Assembly (NCBI GenBank): GCA_030917065.1
Contig: JAUPVL010000033.1
Location: 1 to 52,850 of the forward strand
Reading direction: 5' to 3'
Source: Patescibacteria group bacterium
GTDB lineage: Bacteria > Patescibacteriota > Saccharimonadia > CAILAD01 > BJGX01
DNA length: 52,850 nucleotides
The notes under the pieces were generated by a model that made no database searches, was not told the DNA's origin, and saw nothing but the letters and a program-made list of their open reading frames with translations. Made by a program: the position numbers and the translations under genes. Shown here in pieces: positions 1 to 8,783 of this stretch (position 1 is the first letter of the stretch; each line of letters begins with the position of its first letter).

Positions 1-54
1 CTGGCTCAAAAAAGCTCCAAAAAAATATTCTGCCAAAGTGCTATAATAGTGCTT

Positions 55-999
55 ATGTCAGAAATAAAGATGTATGACCTAATAATAATCGGCGCTGGAC
101 CAGCCGGTATCACAGCCGGGGTTTATGCTGCACGTAAAAGACTTAAAACCTTGATATTGACCCAAGATATTGGTGGCCAAATGGCATGGAGTAGTGATGT
201 AGAGAATTACCCTGGGTTTAGCATGATCAGCGGTGGTGATTTGGTAGAAAAGTTTGAGAGCCATATTGAGCAGTTTCGTGATGTGCTTGAGCTTCGCCTT
301 ACTTCCAAGGGGGTTACAAGTATAGAAAAAAACAAGACGTATTTCTCAGTCAAATCAGGTGACGGCGGTAGTGAACACGCTCGAGCAGTCATAATTGCTG
401 GTGGCAGAAAACCAAAGGAGCTAGGCATAAAAGGAGAAAAAGAATTTCTAAACAGAGGTGTTAGTTATTGTGCGTGGTGTGACGGCCCTATTTTTAGAAA
501 TAAAGATATAGCAATCATAGGGGGTGGTAATTCTGCTCTTGATACAGCGATCAATATACAAAGATCCGTGAAGTCTATAGTGATAGTGAATGTCACAAAA
601 GAGCTTTTGGGCGATAAGATATTGATAGAAAAAGTCACAAATGCACAAAATATCAGGATACTGAACAATACTGAAGTGACTAGTATCAATGGGGACAAAT
701 TTGTTAGCTCAATCACGATAAAACCAGTCGACAAAGATAATACAGAAGACCTGAGTCTAAGCGGGGTTTTTATTGAGATAGGCAGTATTCCAGCGACCGA
801 TTATCTCAAGGATATGCTCAAACTCAATAGCAACGGAGAGATTATCATTGACAAAAAAAATATGAGCTCTGCGGAGGGGCTTTTTGCGGCTGGTGACATT
901 ACCGATATTGAAGAGAAGCAAATTGTGACAGCTGCTGGCGAGGGTGCAAAAGCCGCAATAATGGCATCAAAGTATATAGCTCGTTTTCTGGATCAATAA
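55..999 (+). CDS. trxB: thioredoxin-disulfide reductase
   Basis: The protein has an FAD fold (IIIGAGPAG), a redox-active CAWCDG motif, a second dinucleotide fold (IIGGGNSA) and a C-terminal GLFAAGD. The ORF is open from GTG 49. ATG 55 (or 70) is the likelier start because TATAAT sits at 42-47. Confidence 0.85.
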   Translation: MSEIKMYDLIIIGAGPAGITAGVYAARKRLKTLILTQDIGGQMAWSSDVENYPGFSMISGGDLVEKFESHIEQFRDVLELRLTSKGVTSIEKNKTYFSVKSGDGGSEHARAVIIAGGRKPKELGIKGEKEFLNRGVSYCAWCDGPIFRNKDIAIIGGGNSALDTAINIQRSVKSIVIVNVTKELLGDKILIEKVTNAQNIRILNNTEVTSINGDKFVSSITIKPVDKDNTEDLSLSGVFIEIGSIPATDYLKDMLKLNSNGEIIIDKKNMSSAEGLFAAGDITDIEEKQIVTAAGEGAKAAIMASKYIARFLDQ

Positions 1000-1028
1000 T
1001 TGACTATGTGTGCCTGATAAACTAAAAT
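1000..1028 (+). promoter_or_regulatory. sigma70-like promoter (TTGACT-17 nt-TAAAAT)
   Basis: TTGACT lies at 1000-1005 and TAAAAT at 1023-1028, separated by a 17-nt spacer. It lies upstream of the GTG-initiated gene at 1061, which has an AAGGAG SD. Confidence 0.4.
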
Positions 1029-1060
1029 GTTATTTACCATAAGAAGTATAAGGAGACTTA

Positions 1061-1609
1061 GTGCAAAACGATATTAAAACTAAAAGTACTGATTTTTTAC
1101 CTGGCAAGCCGAGTATTGATAGTGTAGCCAAATCATCGGCTCCACAGCCCGATATGGATGCAAACCTCAGGCCTGTAGCTGCACCTTCAAGCGCTCATGT
1201 GATAGATCTCAAGAAGGCTTCTGTTTCTCCAGTAGATTCGCCCTTACTCAACAACAAGTCTACCGATCAAGAGATAGAAGAGCCTGCCAGTATCACCCCA
1301 GAATTTGACGGTATACAAAAAGATGCAAAACCAAAATCCGACATTGTCGTCAAACCAATGATGGACGAAGCCAGTCCAACGCCTGCACAAAACAGTGTTT
1401 CTACCACAGATCAGAGTCCGCAAGAGCACAAAGATATAAATAGTCTCAATCTCACCGAACCTACTACTCATCAAGATTCCCCCCAGACTGAAGACAAGCC
1501 AAAGAAATCATCTAAGCTCAAGTGGCTCTTACTCGCAGTTTTGTTTATAATAATTGGTGCAGCAGTTGCTGTAGGCGTAATATATGCGCTCAATACTCTA
1601 GCGATATAG
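1061..1609 (+). CDS. hypothetical low-complexity protein with C-terminal membrane anchor
   Basis: The GTG start lies 6 nt after AAGGAG. The body is Pro/Ser/Asp/Lys-rich, with a single C-terminal TM helix (WLLLAVLFIIIGAAVAVGVIYAL). Confidence 0.6.
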   Translation: MQNDIKTKSTDFLPGKPSIDSVAKSSAPQPDMDANLRPVAAPSSAHVIDLKKASVSPVDSPLLNNKSTDQEIEEPASITPEFDGIQKDAKPKSDIVVKPMMDEASPTPAQNSVSTTDQSPQEHKDINSLNLTEPTTHQDSPQTEDKPKKSSKLKWLLLAVLFIIIGAAVAVGVIYALNTLAI

Positions 1610-1644
1610 ATTCAAACAATTAATACAGATAGGATTATATAAAT

Positions 1645-1899
1645 ATGACAAAAGAAAACTCCAAAGAAGCCAAGGCGATAATCTACACTACTCCATGGTG
1701 TCAATTTTGTAAGCATGTAGAAGCTTATCTAGATGAGAAAAAAATACCTTATGAAAAGATAGACGTTCAGGCTGATCAAGATAAGGCAAAAGAAATGATT
1801 GAGAAGTCTGGTCAGATGGGTGTGCCGGTTACCGAAATCAAAGGTGAGATAATAGTAGGCTGGGACAAGCCTAGATTTGAAGCTCTTTTAGCAAAATAG
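1645..1899 (+). CDS. glutaredoxin/NrdH-like thioredoxin-fold protein
   Basis: This 84-aa protein has a WCQFCK CxxC motif near the N-terminus and a GVPVTEI motif typical of glutaredoxin-like proteins. It lies near trxB. Confidence 0.7.
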   Translation: MTKENSKEAKAIIYTTPWCQFCKHVEAYLDEKKIPYEKIDVQADQDKAKEMIEKSGQMGVPVTEIKGEIIVGWDKPRFEALLAK

Positions 1900-1920
1900 T
1901 CTAGATATTATTACACATCA

Positions 1921-1949
1921 AAACAGTCCGTATCTAATGCGGATTGTTT
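1921..1949 (+). terminator. hairpin after the glutaredoxin-like gene
   Basis: A roughly 12-bp stem forms between aaacagtccgta and tgcggattgttt (some G-U pairs) with loop tctaa. It is T-rich on the 3' side and lies immediately before the uvrB -10 box. Confidence 0.45.
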
Positions 1950-1961
1950 TATAATACTTAT

Positions 1962-3950
1962 ATGACAAGTTTTGCTCTAAACTCCAAATACCAACCCGCC
2001 GGCGATCAACCTTATGCCATCAAAAAGCTTACGGGTGGCCTGAAGGACAATCTAAAGGAACAAACCCTACTGGGAATAACAGGTAGCGGTAAGACCTTTA
2101 CCATGGCCAATGTGATAGCAAGCTACAATAAGCCAACCCTCATACTAAGCCACAACAAGACTTTGGCTGCTCAGCTCTACGGTGAATTCAAAGAGTTTTT
2201 CCCGAATAACGCTGTTCATTATTTCGTGAGCTATTTTGATTATTATCAACCAGAGGCCTACATAGCTCGCTCAGATACTTATATAGAGAAAGATAGTGCC
2301 ATCAACGAAGAGATAGATAGACTTCGTCATGCCACCACTGCAGCGTTACTTAGCAGAAAGGATGTAGTAATAGTTGCATCGGTAAGCTGCATATATGGCA
2401 TCGGTAATATTACCGACTACACCAACATGACAGTCAAGCTGGGTCTAGGCGAGCGAAGGGTTCGCGACAAATTACTGCGTCAGCTCAACGATATACAGTA
2501 TCAGCGCAACGACTCCGCATTTGAGAGAGGCAACTTCAGAGTGCGCGGTGAAAACCTCGATATCTTTCCAGTGGGTGAGGAGTTTGCTTACCGCATAGAG
2601 TTCTTTGGTGACGAGATATCGGCTATCAAGCAAATCAACTATTTAACGGGTGAGGTAGTTAAGAAGCTGCAGGAAGTATCTATCTTTCCAGCCAAACACT
2701 ACGTCACCCCACAAGACCAGCTCCGTGTTGCTATGGAAAAGATAAGAGTAGAGGCAGATGAGCGCATAGAATGGTTTAAGTCACATGATATGCTTCTCGA
2801 AGCACAGCGCATAGAGAATCGCGTAAAATACGATCTAGAGATACTGGAACAAACCGGCTATGTGAAAGGTATCGAAAACTATGCTAGATATCTTACTAAT
2901 CGCGAACCTGGTGCACAGCCAGCAACCCTAATGGATTATTTCCCTGATGACTACTTGATGTTTATAGACGAATCTCATATGACTATTCCGCAGGTTGGGG
3001 GTATGTACAATGGCGACAGAGCACGCAAGACTACGCTAATAGAGCACGGATTTCGTCTGCCTTCAGCACTAGACAACAGACCGCTCAATTTTACAGAGTT
3101 CGAAAGACATATCAACAAAGTCATATATGTATCTGCCACACCAAGTGAATATGAGATGAGTAGAAGCAGCCAAAAAGTCGAGCAAATCATCCGACCTACT
3201 GGATTGCTCGATCCGATAATAGAGGTACGTGGCTCAGAACACCAAGTAGATGATTTGTTGGCAGAGATACAACAAAGGGTGAAGTCTGGAGAAAGAACTT
3301 TGGTGACTACGCTTACCAAAAGGATCGCCGAAGATCTTACTGAATACATGCAAGAGATAGGCATCAAGGTACAGTACTTGCACAGTGATGTTGATACGCT
3401 AGAGCGTACTGATATACTGCGTGATCTTAGACTAGGAGTATATGACGTACTGGTAGGTATCAATCTATTGCGAGAGGGGCTAGATCTACCAGAGGTAAGC
3501 CTAGTAGCTATAATAGATGCTGACAAAGAAGGCTTCTTGCGCTCAGAGACTAGCCTTATACAGACTATTGGACGTGCGGCTCGTCACCAGGAAGGCAAAG
3601 TGATAATGTACGCCGATAAGATTACTGGTTCGATGAAAAGAGCTATAGATATCACAACCAAACGCAGAAAATATCAAGAAGATTACAATAATACTCATGG
3701 CATCACCCCTAAGACTGTTCAAAAGGCACTGGCAGACAGTATGCAAGCTGAGATAGAGGCTGAGAAATCTGATTTGCAATCAATTGATTTCAAAAAAGTG
3801 CCAAAAGATGAGCTACAATTTATTACCAAGCAACTGACCGAACAAATGGAGCTTGCTGCTGCCAATCTGCAATTTGAAAAAGCTGCCGAGCTAAGGGATC
3901 AACTAGAAGAAATCAAAGACGTATTAAATAGTAAAAGGATGAGTAAATGA
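1962..3950 (+). CDS. uvrB: excinuclease ABC subunit B
   Basis: The N-terminus is canonical (YQPAGDQPYAIKKL), with Walker A GITGSGKT, DESH, helicase motifs and a C-terminal UVR motif (QFEKAAELRDQLEEI). ATG 1962 is preferred over TTG 1944 because TATAAT at 1950-1955 lies inside the longer ORF. Confidence 0.95.
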   Translation: MTSFALNSKYQPAGDQPYAIKKLTGGLKDNLKEQTLLGITGSGKTFTMANVIASYNKPTLILSHNKTLAAQLYGEFKEFFPNNAVHYFVSYFDYYQPEAYIARSDTYIEKDSAINEEIDRLRHATTAALLSRKDVVIVASVSCIYGIGNITDYTNMTVKLGLGERRVRDKLLRQLNDIQYQRNDSAFERGNFRVRGENLDIFPVGEEFAYRIEFFGDEISAIKQINYLTGEVVKKLQEVSIFPAKHYVTPQDQLRVAMEKIRVEADERIEWFKSHDMLLEAQRIENRVKYDLEILEQTGYVKGIENYARYLTNREPGAQPATLMDYFPDDYLMFIDESHMTIPQVGGMYNGDRARKTTLIEHGFRLPSALDNRPLNFTEFERHINKVIYVSATPSEYEMSRSSQKVEQIIRPTGLLDPIIEVRGSEHQVDDLLAEIQQRVKSGERTLVTTLTKRIAEDLTEYMQEIGIKVQYLHSDVDTLERTDILRDLRLGVYDVLVGINLLREGLDLPEVSLVAIIDADKEGFLRSETSLIQTIGRAARHQEGKVIMYADKITGSMKRAIDITTKRRKYQEDYNNTHGITPKTVQKALADSMQAEIEAEKSDLQSIDFKKVPKDELQFITKQLTEQMELAAANLQFEKAAELRDQLEEIKDVLNSKRMSK

Positions 3951-4699
3951 GCGAACCAACACCGAAAGACAATAACGAATCGAGACCTGCATATGAAATG
4001 GGTACTCTCGGAGCATTAGAAGAAATGATGAGAAAACAGCAATCACATGCAGATTCAGAAAGTGAAAACATGCCAGAAAACCCAGTCGAATCTCAGATAC
4101 AACAATGGCAAACTGAGTCTGGCAAAGAACTAAAAGTTGAAATGAGTGAGTTTGGATACCCTATTATTGACTTATCGCAAACACCCCCAGAAGATGCGAT
4201 GGATTTTTTGAGGTTTATCGCTAGTCAGCAGGAGGTTGTCTATCCCGGCATGCACGATAATGAATTCCGTCGACAGGCTGGGATGCCAGATGTAGCGCCA
4301 TGGGAAACCTTAGACCCGTCATTATCGCACCAGCCCGAAGGCCGCAAGGCTGTTTATGCTACCAAGAGCTTAGAGGGGGGTATTGCTCATGCTGCCATAG
4401 AGCATAAAACATCAGACATAAACGATGGCGAAACTTATTCCCTAAAGATGAACTCAATTGGGAGCAGAATTGTAGAAGTATCACCTCAATTACATGAAAG
4501 AATTCAAGAGGGAGGGGAGGTTTTCACTGAAGGCCTATTGTATGTTTTGCCCGCCGAGCCATTCCATGATACCAAAGATAGTAATCACGAAGTTAAAACA
4601 CAGAAAAAAGTTAGGCCGGTACTAGTCGTGAAGATTGGTGGATCGTTAGGCCGAAGTGTTATTACCCCGGAGTCTACAGAAGTTAGAGGAGGAAAATGA
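3947..4699 (+). CDS. hypothetical protein, MSEP-N-terminal family member 1
   Basis: Its start overlaps the uvrB stop (ATGA). The N-terminus, MSEPTPKDNNESRPA, is shared with the next gene and with 47296..47826. No recognisable domain was seen. Confidence 0.6.
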   Translation: MSEPTPKDNNESRPAYEMGTLGALEEMMRKQQSHADSESENMPENPVESQIQQWQTESGKELKVEMSEFGYPIIDLSQTPPEDAMDFLRFIASQQEVVYPGMHDNEFRRQAGMPDVAPWETLDPSLSHQPEGRKAVYATKSLEGGIAHAAIEHKTSDINDGETYSLKMNSIGSRIVEVSPQLHERIQEGGEVFTEGLLYVLPAEPFHDTKDSNHEVKTQKKVRPVLVVKIGGSLGRSVITPESTEVRGGK

Positions 4700-5892
4700 G
4701 CGAACCAATCCCAGAAGATAATGCAACAAGTAAGCCAGCGATGTCACCGGAGACAATTGCAGAGCTAAAGGCTATAGCACAAAAAGACAAACCATCTGCC
4801 CAAGAACCTGATCCTGATAAGACAAGTAATTGGGAACAGTATTATAGAAAAAATCAAACTAACGAAAGTGAGGATGATATGAACGATGAAAACTTTGAAA
4901 AAGCCTGGAGTATGTATGCTGGCTACGACGAGTATTATCAGCGTGTCAACGAACAAAGAGCAGCAAGTGGGAAGGTTGCAATCGAGAAGTTTGGACTAGG
5001 CAACGAAGTTACTATTATCGCTAGTATCAATGTAGATCCAGTGTCTGGTAAAGCCATAGATGGACATGATTACCATCCAGAAGCACGAAGTATGCGCGAT
5101 ATAGAAGAGGCATGGCAAAAATATCTGTCAGAAACTCCTCCAGAAGAAAGATTTGTGATTTTTGAAGGAAATAGCGAAAGTTTCTCGGATCGAGATACTG
5201 CCATACGTCAGCGTACTGAAGCAGGTATGATGATGTATCATGCCGACCAAGAGGGCGTAGAGCGCACCACGGGAGAACCAAGCGATCTAGTAGTGGCTGA
5301 AGAGCTAGAGAAAGCCGGCATTACGAGAGAAGAAACAGCATTGCTTTTTACTCTCAGATCTCTTGCGACACATGCTAGCAGTGAGCCAATTGGTGATATG
5401 TCTAAGAATTTCTATCCACATATGGCATCAGTAGGATTTGAAGGATTTCCTCAGTACAAAGAAGAACAAAAAAAAGTATTCGAGCAAGATAAAGATGGCA
5501 AATTTGTCGACAATAGTCCAGAAGCAGTCGAGCAAAGGGCGCAGATAAATCGTGAAATTTTTGATAAGATTGTTCCTTTTGTAGATAAATGGAACGAAGC
5601 CTTGGAGAGCTATGGACTACCAAAGCTCTCGGTCAGTGAAGACCAAGAAATTGTGTTTGAAGAATCAGTATCAAGAGGTGATGTTGCAAAAAGTAGCAAT
5701 CCCGCCGGTGAAGGACAGCACTCTGAGCGTATGGCACAAATGACTGCAATTCGCGACAGACATATTTTCGAAACGATTGTTGAAGCTACTAAGTCAGGTA
5801 GAAAACCTTTTGTGGTTTACGGCGGATCTCATGTAGTTAGTTTAGAGCCGACACTCAAGCAGTACTACGGTTCGCAAAGAGTTCTTGAATAG
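4696..5892 (+). CDS. hypothetical protein, MSEP-N-terminal family member 2 (weak TraB/GumN/ChaN-like C-terminal motifs)
   Basis: It has an ATGA overlap with the upstream gene and the N-terminus MSEPIPEDNATSKPA. The C-terminal IRDRHIFETIVEA...KPFVVYGGSHVVSL resembles the (E/A)R(N/D)xxM...fvavGxxH signature of the TraB/GumN/ChaN (Tiki) superfamily. That match was made by eye only. Confidence 0.55.
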   Translation: MSEPIPEDNATSKPAMSPETIAELKAIAQKDKPSAQEPDPDKTSNWEQYYRKNQTNESEDDMNDENFEKAWSMYAGYDEYYQRVNEQRAASGKVAIEKFGLGNEVTIIASINVDPVSGKAIDGHDYHPEARSMRDIEEAWQKYLSETPPEERFVIFEGNSESFSDRDTAIRQRTEAGMMMYHADQEGVERTTGEPSDLVVAEELEKAGITREETALLFTLRSLATHASSEPIGDMSKNFYPHMASVGFEGFPQYKEEQKKVFEQDKDGKFVDNSPEAVEQRAQINREIFDKIVPFVDKWNEALESYGLPKLSVSEDQEIVFEESVSRGDVAKSSNPAGEGQHSERMAQMTAIRDRHIFETIVEATKSGRKPFVVYGGSHVVSLEPTLKQYYGSQRVLE

Positions 5893-5926
5893 TATTGACT
5901 TTGGTGATACAATTGAGCCTTAATTT

Positions 5927-8743
5927 ATGGCTCAACACGACAAAATCATCATCAAAGGTGCGCGCGAGCACAATCTTAAGAACATCGATGTCGAAATACC
6001 TAGAGACAAGCTGGTGGTGATTACTGGACTCTCCGGAAGTGGTAAAAGCTCTTTGGCATTTGATACTATCTATGCCGAGGGACAACGTAGATACGTAGAA
6101 TCGCTCAGTGCGTATGCCAGACAGTTTTTGGGGCTTATGGAAAAGCCTGATGTTGACCAAATAGACGGGTTGAGCCCAGCAATATCGATAGACCAAAAAT
6201 CATCTAGTCGCAATCCTCGTTCGACGGTCGCCACAGTGACAGAAATATATGATTATCTAAGACTTTTATTTGCTCGTATTGGAATACCCCACGATCCTAC
6301 TACAGGCGAGGTATTGACTCGTCAAACTCCCCAGCAAATAGTAGATATCATCAAACAATATCCCAAAGACACCAAGATAATAGTACTGGCACCGATAGTC
6401 AAAGACAAAAAAGGGGAACACAAGCACTTACTCGAGGAAGCACAGAAGGCTGGCTATACTAGAGTTCGTCTAGACGGTAATATTTATGAGATAGATGAAG
6501 TTCCGGCAATTGATCGCAACAAAAAACATACCATTGAGATTGCAGTAGATAGAATAAATATCGATGCAGAGAATCCTCAAAGACTAGTGGAGTCAGTAGA
6601 GGCTGCATTGCATCTAGGCGAGGGTGTGATCAATATATTGAATTTTGATACAAATGAAGAAAAATTATTCTCAGAGCACTATACGACTGTCAATTCTGAA
6701 TACGCCTTACCTGAGATAGAGCCCCGACTTTTTAGTTTCAACTCGCCTCACGGAGCGTGTCCCAAGTGTATGGGCCTCGGCTCACTACTAATAGTTGATC
6801 CAGAGCTGATAGTGCCCAATAAGAAGCTTAGTATTGCAGAGGGAGCAATAAGACCTTGGAGCAGAACCACCCAACGGCTTAGTTGGTACACCAAGTTACT
6901 AGAGGCAGTTTCTAAACTGCACAAGTTCAACTTAAACGTACCGGTCGACAAACTCTCCAAATCGAGTTTTGATATCATCTGTTACGGTACGGGTGACGAA
7001 GAAATAGGTGTACCAGGTCCAGGTGGTAAAATTTACAAAACCAAATTTGAAGGAGTAATACCAAATTTAGAAAGAAGATATCGAGAAAGCGATAGTGATT
7101 TTGTAAAAAGAGAAATCGAGAAATACATGACAACTCAGGTTTGTACGGAGTGTGATGGCAAAAGACTCAAACCCGAAGTGCTCGCTATAACCATCAAGGA
7201 CAACTCCATCGCAGATGTCACTGAATTGACCGTTGAAGACGCGCTGGATTATTTTTCTTCACTCAAGCTAGTAGATCAAGAAGCGACTATAGCCAACCAA
7301 ATTCTCAAGGAGATCAATGCCAGGCTGAAGTTTTTGAATGATGTTGGTCTTAGCTACTTATCGCTGAATCGTGCTGCCAATACTCTTGCTGGTGGAGAAG
7401 CACAAAGGATTCGTCTCGCCACACAGATAGGCTCTAGTCTTATGGGAGTACTCTATATACTAGACGAGCCTTCGATTGGGTTGCATCAACGAGATAATGA
7501 CAGACTCATAGATACTCTCAATACCCTAAGAGATCTTGGCAATACTGTAATAGTAGTAGAACATGACGAGGATACTATCAAGGCTGCTGACTATGTCATA
7601 GATATAGGGCCTCTTGCAGGTGAAGAAGGCGGACATGTTGTAGCAGCCGGTACGCCAGCAGAAGTGCAAAAGGTCAAGCAATCTTTGACTGGACAATATC
7701 TGAGCGGTAAAAAGAAGATAGAAGTACCCAAAAATCGCCGTAAGCCCGACGGGCGTTATCTGGAGATAATAGATGCCAGTGAACACAACCTCAAAAACAT
7801 AAGTGTAAAAATACCACTAGGGATCATGACAGTTGTCACTGGTGTATCAGGCAGTGGGAAATCTAGTCTTATCAACGACATACTCGCCCGCAAGCTCAGT
7901 CAGGAATATCATCGGTCCCAAGAGCCTGCCGGTAAATTTAAAGACATAGTTGGCACACAACATCTAGATAAGGTTATAGACATAGACCAAAGTCCCATAG
8001 GTCGCACGCCTCGAAGTAACACTGCTACATATACTGGAGCATTCAATGATATACGAGACCTTTTTGCCATGGTTCCTGAGGCAAAGATACGGGGTTATAG
8101 CGCAGGTCGATTCAGCTTCAATGTAAAAGGTGGTAGATGTGAAAACTGTAAGGGCGATGGAATAATCAAAATAGAGATGCATTTCTTGCCTGATGTATAT
8201 GTGACCTGTGAGTCATGTAATGGCAAAAGGTACAATCGAGAAGCTCTGGAGATACTGTACAAAGGCAAAAATATTTCAGATGTACTGGAGATGACAGTAG
8301 AGACTGCATGCGAATTTTTTGGCAATATACCCTCTATCTCAAGAAAACTAGAAACATTACGTAGTGTAGGATTGAGCTATATCAAACTAGGGCAACCAGC
8401 CACCACACTCTCTGGTGGGGAAGCGCAGCGTATTAAGCTCGCTTCTGAACTAAGCCGCCGTGCAACCGGTAAGACCCTATATATCTTAGACGAACCAACC
8501 ACCGGACTGCACTTTGAAGATGTTCAGAAATTACTAGAGGTATTGCAGGCGCTAGTGTCATTGGGTAATTCAGTACTCATAATAGAACACAACTTGGATG
8601 TAATTAAATCAAGTGATTGGGTGATAGATCTTGGCCCAGAAGGTGGCAACAAAGGAGGCCAAATAATCGGCTGTGGAACTCCCGAGCAAATTGCTAAGAT
8701 CAAGAATTCATATACAGGCCAATACCTCAAAAAAATGCTATAG
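5927..8743 (+). CDS. uvrA: excinuclease ABC subunit A
   Basis: There are two ABC modules ([10 protein letters not shown] and [11 protein letters not shown]alker A, with [13 protein letters not shown] signatures twice) and Zn-finger Cys pairs ([24 protein letters not shown]). At 938 aa it is full length. Confidence 0.95.
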   Translation: MAQHDKIIIKGAREHNLKNIDVEIPRDKLVVITGLSGSGKSSLAFDTIYAEGQRRYVESLSAYARQFLGLMEKPDVDQIDGLSPAISIDQKSSSRNPRSTVATVTEIYDYLRLLFARIGIPHDPTTGEVLTRQTPQQIVDIIKQYPKDTKIIVLAPIVKDKKGEHKHLLEEAQKAGYTRVRLDGNIYEIDEVPAIDRNKKHTIEIAVDRINIDAENPQRLVESVEAALHLGEGVINILNFDTNEEKLFSEHYTTVNSEYALPEIEPRLFSFNSPHGACPKCMGLGSLLIVDPELIVPNKKLSIAEGAIRPWSRTTQRLSWYTKLLEAVSKLHKFNLNVPVDKLSKSSFDIICYGTGDEEIGVPGPGGKIYKTKFEGVIPNLERRYRESDSDFVKREIEKYMTTQVCTECDGKRLKPEVLAITIKDNSIADVTELTVEDALDYFSSLKLVDQEATIANQILKEINARLKFLNDVGLSYLSLNRAANTLAGGEAQRIRLATQIGSSLMGVLYILDEPSIGLHQRDNDRLIDTLNTLRDLGNTVIVVEHDEDTIKAADYVIDIGPLAGEEGGHVVAAGTPAEVQKVKQSLTGQYLSGKKKIEVPKNRRKPDGRYLEIIDASEHNLKNISVKIPLGIMTVVTGVSGSGKSSLINDILARKLSQEYHRSQEPAGKFKDIVGTQHLDKVIDIDQSPIGRTPRSNTATYTGAFNDIRDLFAMVPEAKIRGYSAGRFSFNVKGGRCENCKGDGIIKIEMHFLPDVYVTCESCNGKRYNREALEILYKGKNISDVLEMTVETACEFFGNIPSISRKLETLRSVGLSYIKLGQPATTLSGGEAQRIKLASELSRRATGKTLYILDEPTTGLHFEDVQKLLEVLQALVSLGNSVLIIEHNLDVIKSSDWVIDLGPEGGNKGGQIIGCGTPEQIAKIKNSYTGQYLKKML

Positions 8744-8783
8744 TCGACTTGAATCGTTATAATAGATTGAAGTAGATATTGCT

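Noticed and set aside
2975-3526. Long antisense ORFs inside housekeeping genes. Examples are 2975..3526 in uvrB, 30481..30903 in ligA, 45396..45785 in clpC, 48462..49136 in radA, and 50649..51044 and 51087..51533 in the PBP gene.
   Set aside because: These are shadow ORFs opposite strongly supported conserved genes. They have Ser/Leu/Arg-skewed low-complexity translations, with no start context and no motifs.
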